The position numbers and the translations under genes are program-made. A model generated the notes under the pieces. It did not search any database, was not told the DNA's origin, and worked only from the letters and a program-made list of their open reading frames with translations. From Takakia lepidozioides (lineage: Eukaryota > Plantae > Bryophyta), in NCBI GenBank assembly GCA_030704615.1, contig CM060732.1, forward strand, positions 70,370,001 to 70,434,000: a stretch of DNA of 64,000 nucleotides, read 5' to 3'. Positions 12,084-23,300 of this stretch are shown in pieces. Position 1 is the first letter of the stretch. The number at the start of each line of letters is the position of its first letter.

Positions 12084-15048
12084 TTGAACATATGGTGGCT
12101 GAGGAATTCGAAGGTCTACAAGAAGAAAACATCCATTATGCCGAACATCGATGCTTGCGAAGCATGGCCACCTGTGCTAGTGATAGGACACGGAGATAGG
12201 ACTGATAAGAGTGATGTCCCAGCACGGTGCCTTGAGAACCTTAAGTTGAACTTGAAGAACTTGGATATGGAATTTTATCGGGAACGATTGATAGTAGCTC
12301 AAAGATATCCTGGGAGATGCTGCATATATGTTTTCTCACCTTCGGGTAGTGCCTATGTTGACGCAAAGAACTTGCAACGGAGGTGGATACGTTCTCGCGA
12401 TGGGGCACAGCCCCAAACTTGCAAGGCGACTACGATACAGTGTTGGTATGCAACGGTATCAGACATGACTATGATCGACCCAGACAGACAGCTTGTGAAG
12501 GAATGGGCACCCCGTGAAGTGCACATCGATCCCGAGGAGGTGTGAATAACTCTCTCACACAAGTGCAGTCATGGTCATGGGCCCTAATGTGATATTGCAA
12601 ACATTTTCTTTCTTGAACATTCTTTCATTCTCTTTCTATGGTTAAAGTGTCAATTTGCAGGATGATGGAAATGATCAAGAATCTGGAGAGGAAATCGAAT
12701 TCCCATCTGATCGCCGAATGACAGACCTGATCAAGAGAATGGTGGCCACCGATGACTCGGTGCTGGAGCGTAGAGCGGCCACCGATGACTACAATGAGCT
12801 TCGCGTGAGCAGCGTGAGTAATAACCCTCCATCGTATTCCCAACCGTTTGATTCCCGGGCATTATGATGTCTACGCATGTTTGTGATGACGAACCTTACC
12901 AACGCGAATCTAGTAGTGTACGAACTGGAGAACTGGAGACTGACTACTGCCATTTTGTGATCTTGTGTGCTGTTGGATCAATGTTGGAATGCACGGACAC
13001 TGTTGACTGTAGGTGTAAGTTTGGAATGCACGGACACTGTTGACTGTAGGTGAAGCGTCTTCAGTCAGATTGGAATAAGGCATTGTGGTCTTTCCTGAAG
13101 GACGACAAGATGCGAGCGATGTGGCTGCAACAACTATGGACCCCCCATGGTGATCTCCTTGCAGGTGCGTGTGAAGATCGTACTCAAAATTTGCTGCGTA
13201 AGTCGACTGTTCTCGAAGGAGACTTGCTCTCAAAAATGTAGGTGAAATGTGTGCCTGCCCCTGTACTCTTCCCCCTTCTTTATACCCGCATTTCTGTATT
13301 CATAGCCAGAGCAGATGGATGTCATCAGTCATGGTAAAGGGCTTCTTTGAGAAAGAAATGCTAGAATGCACCAGGGGTAAATTTCATTCTTGGGATTCGC
13401 TTCCCTTTCCACTATGGTAGTGAGCCTCTTTGTTTCTGCTGCTGTCCCATCTTTGTCTTTTCTGCTCTTTCAAAAATGGGTGCAGGCATTAACTTGGCTC
13501 GAAGACTACTGGGGCAACCCATGTCTAAATATCATTTTCTTTCTCTATCCCTGGATATAATAAGTGCCTTCCTTGTTCTTTTACTGAGTTCATTTCACTC
13601 AGTCTTAACCCGGGTGCTCTCACAATGAAACCCCACAAGCTCCAAGACCAAAAGTAGTGCATTTGCATGATGTTGCACATGTTTCTTTTGGGAGACCTGG
13701 TTACTTGTGAGAAACAGGGAGAGATCTGGCCACATGGGAAGTTCAAGATGATATATGACAGATTTTATAATGGTATCTCACAGGACAAGATTGGCTGTAG
13801 AGAAAGAGATGGACACATTGGAGATGAATGTACAGGAGAATGAATTTGCTATAGCTGAGCAAGAGGAAATACACAAATGTCAAGAAGAATTCTGGTTATT
13901 GCTAGAGTCATCACTGCGGCAGCATCACAAGGATACAATGGAGGTTAGTTGTTTTCCTCTATCTTGCACAGATTCTATGTTTCATGCTATCTGTGTTCTT
14001 TTCCTCCCAAGGGACATGATCTTCATGTGGATTAGTGTTTGGCTCCTGTTGCCGAAAAGGACTTGCACGGTATCATACTGAATTGGCGACAAAAACGAGA
14101 GTCCATCTTGGAGCGAAGGGTGAGTGAAAGGATGCAGTTGGTGGACCGCACCATAGTCACCAAGAAAGAAACACTCACGCTTCAAAGTATGCTGTCCGTT
14201 GAAGCTACTGTCGAGGTGATGAAAAAGGTGAATCTCTATTTGTGCTATTTAGCACCAGCCATCACCTTTCTGTTAACCTGTCACTCTGACTCAACGGTCC
14301 ATTGCAGTGGCAGCCACGCAAGCTTCAGTGTGGAGATCTCAGTAATCATTAGAACACTCTTTGCCTCAGAAGTGAGTAGTCTGACTTGGGTGGCCTCTAA
14401 CTAAATGCTTTTAATGGAAGTTCCTGAAGGCATTTTACCACCTCTGGCTGTTGGACAAGGTTCTATCATATATATAACATTGTATCTACAATTATGAAGT
14501 CATAAATCTCGCATGCATGATAGATCTTAGGTCATGTTTATTCAGTTTTATGTTGTGAAATTAAGATTGTTCATTTCCTTTAATGTCATCAAAGTTTTCA
14601 TGGTCATTTGGTTTTTAAGGATTTCTATACGTGTGTAGGTCGAGAATGTCACCAGATGGAGAAAGAGGACATGAAGAAGAAGCACAAAACGGAAGAGGTC
14701 AGGTTGTTGAGAGAGAAAGAGGACATGGAGAAACAGGGCAAAACGAAGGAGGAGACATTGCAAAGAGAGCTTCAAGAGGCAAGGCAAGCATTGCAGGAGC
14801 TTGAGCAAATTGTAGAGCAAGAATCTGAGTGTGCGGTTTGTTCTCGAGAAATGGAAGGCATCAAGGGAACTCGGAAGAGGCGGTTGAGTAGCTCTGGGGT
14901 TGAGTCAGCTCGGAAGAGAGTGTGTCTCAAACCATGCAACCATGCCGGGGTGTGTGATGAGTGTGCCATCAAGATCTGGACACAGACTCGGAAATGTCCC
15001 TTGTGCAACACCCAACTCACCGAGCGGCCAACTGCCATTTTCTTGTGA
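12084..15048 (+). CDS. XS-like domain + coiled-coil + C-terminal RING (C3HC4, IAP-like) protein, possibly disrupted
   Basis: Exons ~12084/12138-12539, 12661-12813, 13050-13237, 13784-13943, 14012/14036-14227 and 14639-15048. Phases are compatible for the first five; the link to the last exon is unresolved. WPPVLVI, CIYVFSPSGSAYVDAKNL and CWYATVSDM resemble SGS3 XS motifs. RING: CAVC...PCNH..VCDEC..CPLC. In-frame TAG at 14033. Confidence 0.6.
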
Positions 15049-15431
15049 CTATCAGCATATGCCCGATGCACCAGCAAGATACATTTGAATCCGTTGGATG
15101 ACACACTAGTCGGTTCCAAGTTCTAAGTTTTTGAAGAAAGAGAGGGATCAGCTTTACTTATTTTGCGACTAAGTTCTTTGCAGGTTCCAGCATTCCCAAC
15201 CTTATGAGAGGTATGGAACACTCGTGGGCTCAGTAACCAGCTCATCAGGCTCAATGAAAACAAAAACTTCAGGATTTTTGTGACTGTGACTGCCATCAAA
15301 AGTAGGTAAAATTACCTGATCATCTCCAGAGGTCAGTTGCATCGCATTTTGACGGAAGTTCTGGCCAATGTGGCTTGAATTAACAAAATTGGTTTCCTCT
15401 AATATTTGATTATGGAGTAAAACTGACTATA

Positions 15432-16345
15432 TAATGGTCACATCAAAGAGAACCGGTATCATACATTACATCAATGGAGAGGTAGAGTGCCCTAGGAGAT
15501 GTCAAGTGGGTGTCATATGCATTTCCTGCACATCTGTGATAGAATTGAATTCAAATGGAGGTCCATGGAGATTAGAAGTAACCGTTTGTAAAATGCCCCT
15601 AGCTTTGGTTTGTTGACCATATGAGTATGGAAATTAAGTGAACGCGTGAAGACAGTATAACCTTCTGGAACTGGGTACTCATGGTCAACACTTTTACGTA
15701 CTAGAATAGCATGCTTCTGAGTACTAGATGATGAATCCAAGAAGGCGGGGGGAGAGAGAGGCACTCAGTGTGCCTGCAGTGGCATTGTGGTCGTGGTCCC
15801 ACCCAGTTTGCAGGAAGAAGAGAAAAGACTCACCATGGTAGATGCTCTGCTCTGATTGGTGCTGGTGGGAGAGAAGTGCTTGACTGACAGTGATCGGGCT
15901 CCCCATTTTCATCATGTCCTGCTAAAGATTGGTTAAGCAGGAATCGCACTTGATTTAGAGGTTAGAGGCACATGTCAGGTATTGAAGAGTCGAATTTGAA
16001 CCTCGATGTGACCTTAACCCTGTGGCTTCTGTACCTGAAAGTAGATACCCATGGATCCATGTGAAAGGACAGGTGAGAGACCAACTGTTGTATTTGCAGC
16101 TGTTGCCTCCTTGCCTCTTTCCCCCCTCTCAAACTGATCTGATTTCCTCCTCTTACAGTGTGGGATTTCATGGGATTAGTTTTTTAGCATTCTCATAGTG
16201 AACATTGGTGGTGAGATGCATGACAAGGATTCTCAGCCAGAAATACAGGGTATTGTTGAGTTAAGATTCTCTTGCTGCTGGAGTTTGTTGGTAATTCTAT
16301 CTTTGTGCTGCCTTCCTGGACAATGTCATTCATGTTTGATCAGGG
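15432..16345 (+). repeat. Duplicated segment of a KNL1-paralog locus, inverted relative to 58020-58530, with a ~460-bp extra insert
   Basis: GGTCACATCAAAGAGAACCGGTATC and GAGATGCATGACAAGGATTCTCAGCCAGAAATACAGGG match the reverse complement of 58020-58530. Confidence 0.8.
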
Positions 16346-18054
16346 CGTGCTTCAAAACATATGTATAAAAGAGAGGAAATTACAGGGTTAACAGGATGAA
16401 GAGAGGTAGGTCCACCTTGTTGAGCAGGGGCCGAACACTAGACACTCTGGGGACATTGAACTGATTTTTCTTCAATCCAAGCAGTGAATTGACACCTGGA
16501 AAACATAGAGTAATGAGGTGTGCTGTTTTGTGTATGTGAGGACTGGACTTGCCAATTTCTTGTGCCATGGTCTCCAAATACGATGATGCTACTGTCGCGG
16601 CTTGAAAGATTAAAGGTTTTCTATGCACTTGGGCAGGCAGTGGCCAGGTGTTTCTGCCTAACCAGGCAGTTGTGTAGTAAAATGCTACAACTATCCATTG
16701 CCCCCATAATAGCTGTACATGGAGCTGCTCTCGATCATTTGATGTTGAGAAAATACGTTTAACACACTGGGGAGGAAGGTCGATCTGTGAAGAGACTTGC
16801 CACAGCAGTAGAACTAGAAATCAGTTAGGAACCATGCCGTGGAGAAACAAATGCATGGAATACATGCGAGCCCTGCCCTGTTACGATTATGAATAGGTTG
16901 TGAATATATGAATAGGCTGTCAAAACCTGTCATTGCCAGCTTCAGAAGCTTTAGAATCAACATGCTAATTGTGTCGATGCTGAGTGTCCTCACAAAGTGT
17001 GCTCACAATGATTGAAGACCGTGCAAATCATTGTACAATTCATCTATAATTAAATACATCTATATCTGTCTTCAGCTAACTTGTTCTCCGAAACTAATCC
17101 TGCCTAGGAGCATCGCCAACAAACCTAGTCACAGACACATGAGCTTATCATGGGTTTCTCACGAATTTGTGGAACCAGGACTAAAATATAGGAAACAGAA
17201 AAAAATAAAGGAAAGGGAGGTATGGTAAGGTTACCCCTTGCTGCGGTGTAGTGAATTCACTGGAAGGAAAGGAATGGATGGACATAGTTGTAGTGGCCAG
17301 TGGTTTTGCATCTGTGCTGATCTGTTACCTGCAGGTAAGAGGATGAATCCCACGATGGTTCATCGTGCAACAGCCTCATGCCTGGAAGGGGCTATTTTCT
17401 ACCCTTCCTCCAGTAGGGCCTGAATTGTGAAGGAAAACAAAAGGAAAACTGTATGAACTTAATGCAGAAGTGCCAAGCTGCCGCTTTTCCAATTGTGAAT
17501 CATTGCCCCCAGGTTTCCCTTTTCAGAAAAAAGAGAAAGGAAAATATAAATAAGTGTAGATTCACTACAGATATAGTTGGGCCCTCTTCGGCATTCCTTT
17601 ATTGGTTCACCTAACACCAAGTCAAGAGATTCAGCAGTTTGTTTGGCTATAAGAAGCTTCTATGGCAATTTGTCTTTCAGACAGGCATCAGAAGCCCATC
17701 CCACACCTAAAAATACAAACGCTGGCACTTGTCACTCTCTGACATACTCTATAACTCCTCTCATAAACAGGTATGCCACTCCAGTCTCACAGGGTGAGTC
17801 CAGAGAGTTATCCCCAACAAGTGAGGAGAACATCACCTGAAGGTCTCGCCATACTCAAATGGTCTTGGTCAACATTCAGTGACTTCTAACCTACAACTGT
17901 TGCATGTAAGTTCTACAACCGTACCTGGTGAAGGAAGTTGAACAAAAATTTGAGGCACCAACACTTGCAATGGTGGTAAACAATAAAGGTCAATACACTA
18001 CAGGATGTCTCAGTTCCTCCTAGTGCAGTACAGGCACCGTCTTGAATCCAGTTT

Positions 18055-19777
18055 CTAGATAGGCTTGATCTTGAAGTGAAGGCCGATTAGTGAAAAAACA
18101 AAGCACTTCAAATCCTGCCATTGAAAAGAATTTATCAGTACCAAATTTCTGCCCAACAGGAACCCCCCCAACATTTCTAATCTAAGAGTCCTAGTGGAAG
18201 GCAACAAACCCTACAAACTGATGAAACAAAAAGAACCTAGGCCGTGGAAGTGTGCATGTGGAAGCTGTAACTGTGCACTGGGCAGTCAGAGAAACTTTAT
18301 GGGACAGACCCACTTTGAGAAAGTCATCCATTGACTGCTGACAAACCTTCGCAAAGTCCTTCGAACAGCCAATCAGAAGACCAACATGCCAGCATACTAG
18401 ACTAACACAGCTCTGTACATTTAAGGTACTCATGCCGCACCTGGACGAGGTAGTAAAATATGCGCAGTCCCTCCGGGTCTTTGCTACTCTGGACATCAAG
18501 CAAAGAACCAATCTTCGAGGTAGTGAAGGAGATGTGCTCATTGCCCATCACAATCTCCAGCTCTTGTCGGCCAATTCTGTCTGGTTCTGGCCAATTGTTA
18601 TCATCTTCTTTTAGAATCTACACATTGCAACCCACAGATAGAGAAAGCAAATCTTCATCAAGTCAATCCGAAGATAGACAATCAAACAGAGCTGCGTAAC
18701 TGCCAGTGCCTTGACCTCTTAGATTGGACAGCTCCCGAACTATCTATATCCATGAAGAATTAGTTTAAACACCAATCACAACTGAAAGATATTGCATTTG
18801 TCTATAAAGTGTCACACTTCAGTCTGGCACCATACACAGCTGCATTTATGTCTTGAGACACACTTCAGTGGTAGTCTAGGAAGCAATCAAGTCGCCCTGC
18901 TTCTCAGCTCAGTCTCTGTTCCTGGTGAGACCAGAAAACTTGAAAGTACACTTTCCGTGACCCTGGATAAAATGAGGTTAACACAACATGCTGTTCCAGC
19001 TGATGGCTGACAAATTGCCTTTGCTGTACAGTTACCTGGGGCTTCAATTAGACCATGCCCTGGTTGTATGGACGAAATGCCGCCCTTCCTGGCAGGACGA
19101 ACTAGCTTGATGGGAGAAGTAGGCACAATGGTACGCTGGCTGTGACAGCGAGTCATTTTCTACAAGCAAGAAAATGAACATCCCAAACCTGTTCATACTA
19201 ATTTGTGCTTATCCTTAATCCGAGCAGGAGGTGCAATTAAGAGCGGGAAAAGTCCTTCCCAGAAATACGATAAGAGGCGGAAGAGGGTTTCAGATGCTAG
19301 GTTGGTAAGTCTAAGCTCATCATTTTCGTTGGAAGCTAACCTAATTACGGAATGTAGTCAAAGTTCTCTCTGCTTCCATTCTATCTCTATCCAGACCTCT
19401 GAAAGAACTCCCAACGCATTCTTCCATGATAAACAAAAGAGCTCCTCTCTCGCCCTTTCCAGTTTATTCCGTTCCACCACTACAAGTCTCCATGGTCCAA
19501 TACATTCAATCATACCACCTACGTCCACAAATTACTGAAGCGAAAAATTACAAATGGCACCCACCTCGCTATCGTTGATAATCCTGCGGCACTCGCGGAG
19601 GGCAGCCTGGGTAAGAAAGACTTCCTTCCTTATCATTGTGTCGTTTTTGTAGTTCGAGTTGTTAGCATACCTGAGCTTCCCGTCAGGCCGGAACTCAAAC
19701 TCCAGAAACTCATGCCCGAACTTTCCCTTGTGCCCCACGTAGTAGCGCACATAAAACTCTCCCACCTCCTCCGCCAT
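18055..19777 (-). CDS. MAGO: Protein mago nashi (exon junction complex core), 149 aa
   Basis: Exons 19777-19565, 18617-18441 and 18114-18055 (GT-AG, phase 0, 450 nt in total); [40 protein letters not shown] ... [13 protein letters not shown] ... LHFKIKPI*. Confidence 0.97.
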
Positions 19778-20331
19778 CTCGCTCTCTCTCTCTCTCGATC
19801 TCTCTCGATCTCGATTTTTCCTCTCTCGTCAGCCTCGGGCCAAGGCTGTAATAGGTTCGTCGGTCCGAGTCTGAGGCTGGGAAAGGTTCGGGATTGATGA
19901 TGGATGGATTATGGATGAAGATTCACTTGAACGGATGTCGCCTGCGAGGCACTGTCGCTAAAGACTCACTCGAAAAGAGTTCCCATTTTGAAGACCTCGC
20001 TATATTTTACGTTCCTTTATTTTTTATTTTTTTATTTTTTGTTTACCCTTTCTCTTTTTTTTTCTTTTTTTTTCCCTTTATTTTTTGTTTCTTTACTCGT
20101 CCAGTTTAAATTACAGTTCCCTTTCTTTAAGGAAACAAATTAAAAAAAAACGAATTACATCAGTAAAAACCCTCGTTTACGTGCGCGGTAACAATTACTT
20201 ACATTTGCGCGGGAATCCACTGGCTCGCTCTCGCTCTCTCTGTCTCTCTCTCAGTTTCTCTCGTTCGATGTTGCTCGGTTGTGAATTCTGTCTCTCACAA
20301 GGTGGCATGGGAGAGTAGGGAGGGCAGGAAG
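19778..20331. promoter_or_regulatory. Probable bidirectional promoter between MAGO and KNL1
   Basis: 554 bp between divergent ATGs; CT/GA-repeat tracts near both start codons; central T-rich tract. Confidence 0.55.
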
Positions 20332-23300
20332 ATGGATCGCGCGGAAGCTTTGGGTAGTCCTGAATACAAGGGGGCAGACGATACCGTTATTCTGGACGTG
20401 TTTGATGAAGGCAGTGCAGTGCAACACAGGAAATTACGGCGGTCTTCTTTACGCCGTGTGAGCTTTGCTGAACAGGCCTCCATCCATGTCTTTGCGAGGG
20501 ACGAGGAATACGAGACTCCTCCCGAGGGCACTGAGACGCTGTCTACCTACCATTCCACCCAAACTTTCACTGCGAAGTCAAAGAGTCCACAGAGAAGGTC
20601 TCCGAGGCTTGCTTTCAAAAGGATGGAAATGGAGATGGATAAAGAGAATGCGGGAATCTTCGATGGTGGCACTGTGCGGGTTGACGGCCAGCCGAGAGGA
20701 CAAAAGCGGCCTCTCGCTGTCAGAGATCGAACAGATGGTTGGATTGATGATGGAGATGTCTCGGCCCATGGAAGGTAAGAATCTAGTTTTCCACTTTGTT
20801 TCTGTCTGCGCTCAGACACGTGCCTTGTCCCTTTCCTTGTCTGATTCGCTCCTTCCTTCTTTGCCAGCTTCTGATTTGCTTCAATCCGAGTTGGTACAAA
20901 GAATTGACTACTGTGCTAAATCAATCAATCGCCCAAACTTTGCCACTACTGGTTTGTGCTTGCGTATGTGTTGAGCGTTCTGAAAGGAAAATGGTTGTGC
21001 CATATCCAGTTGCGATGATAATACCGGGCCTGTTGACCTTCGGCACTTGTCGTTTGGAGAAAGTAAAACGCCGCTCGAAGATGATGACAACATCACCATG
21101 GACAGCAACACATTCCATACTAGGCTCTCACAGCTCAAGGCAGGAGGGATGTCCTTCTCACAGCAAGGAGCAGATGGAAGTTTGGATCACGTCCAGTCCC
21201 TGCAGTCTACTATGAACTTCACCCTACTCATGCCCTCTGTTGAAGGGAATTCCGATTCCTCAACCTACGGGGGAGAGACGTCCAGTAACATGTGCCTCAC
21301 ACCAACTCCCCGGAATGCCTCTGCTGATGATACTGCGACAGCTTCCTGTGCAGCGACTAAACATATTCTTGCAGAGAGAACAAGGGATGTTGACATGAGC
21401 CCCATACCAAATTTCCCTCTAACGACCTCTGCAACAAGTTCCTGTGAAGGAGCGAAACAGATTCTCACAGAGGAAACAAGGGATGTTTTGGAACAGAACG
21501 GAGGGAAGGCTTTAGTGGAGGTTGAAGAGGAGCTGACTTCGCAAGCGAAATGTGGGAGATTGGAAGTGGAAGTTGTCCCCAGCAGACTACCGCTTGAAGG
21601 TTCTTCCATGGCAGTCTATCGGGTAGCAATGGACAACGAAAACGGTAGCCCTCACCCTGCAGAGACAAGGAGTCCCTTACCAGACGAGACTGTTTCTATG
21701 GACATATCACTTGTCTTACAGGTCAACGAAGAGGCATTGCTTCTCAGGCCTGAGAGCTCAACGCCTCCTGCTACTCACACAGAGACCCTGCATATAACAT
21801 CATTGACCATGGCAAAGGGCGCTGGTAGACCTTTTCAGGAAGCAAGTGTCTTGCCAGCGATTGAGAAGGTGGAAGGCTATGCAACCGAGGACTTGGACAA
21901 CGTTGTTACAGAAGCTATTCCAAGGTTCAGTGACCTTTTGGCCGCCGATATGTCATCCCCTGATGTACCACCTGCATCGAAGAGACAGAGGTCAAGTGAC
22001 AACTTGAATGAAGGGGGCCTGTCTCATACAAGTGCTTCCACGTCAATTCATGAAAATGCACGCTACCCTGAACCCCTGGTGGCTATTCCAAGGTTGGCCG
22101 CTGATATGTCATCCCCTGATTTACCACCTGCTTCGAGTCGACAGAGGTCAAGTGACAATTGGAATGAAGGTGGCCTGTCTCATACAACTGCTTCAATGTC
22201 AAAACATGAAAATGTACGCCACCCTGAACCCCTGGTGGCTATTCCTAGGTTGGCTGCTGGTACGTCATCCCCTGATTTACCACCTGCTTTGAATCCACAG
22301 AGGTTAAGTGACAACTCGAATGAATGGGGCCTGTCTCATACAACTGCTTCAATGTCAAAACATGATGTACGTCACCCTGAACCCCTGGTGGCTATTTCTG
22401 CTGATACAACATCCCCTGATTTACCACCTTCTAACCTGTCTCATACAACTGCTTCAATGTCAAAACATGACAATGTGCGCCACCTTGCACCCCTGGTGGC
22501 TATTCCAAGGTTGGCCGCTGATATGTTATCCCCTGATTTATCACCTGTTTCAAATAGACAGAGGTTAAGTGACAACTGGAATGAAGGGGACTTGTCTCAT
22601 ACAACTGCTCCAACGTCAAAACATGAAAATGTACGCAACCCTGAACCCCTGGTGGCTGTTCCGAGGTTCAGTGACCTCTTGGCCGCTGATATGTCCTCCC
22701 CTGATTTACCACCTGTTTCTCATAAACAGAGGTTAAGTGACAACTGGAATGAAGGGGACTTGTCTCACACAATTGCTTCGACTTTAACACATGAAAATGT
22801 ACGCGACCCTGAACCCCTGGTGGCTGTTCCAAGGTCTAGTGACCTCTTGGCCGCTGATATGTCATCCCCTGATTTACCACCTGCTTCGGATAGACAGAGG
22901 TTAAGTGACAACTGGAATGAAGGGGGCCTGTCTCATGCAACTGCTTCATCGTCAAAACATGAGAATGTACGCGACCCTGAACCCTTGGTGGCTGTTCCAA
23001 GGTTTAGTGACCTCTTGGCCGCTGATATGTCATCCCCTGATTCACCACCTGCATCTCATAGACAGAGGTTAAGTCACAACTGGAAGGAAGGGGGCCTGTC
23101 TCATACAACTGCGTCAAAACATGAAAATGTACGCTACCCCGAACCCCTGGTGGCTATGCTTGAATTTTCTGTTCTCTTTTCTACAGGGCATACCTACACT
23201 TGTCTCTGTTTTGTATGTCTTGCAGAAGATTGAGTTTCGTTTCGAATTGACTCCTTTCCTCTCACTCTTATTTCAAAGACAGTGGAGCTTACAACGTGAT

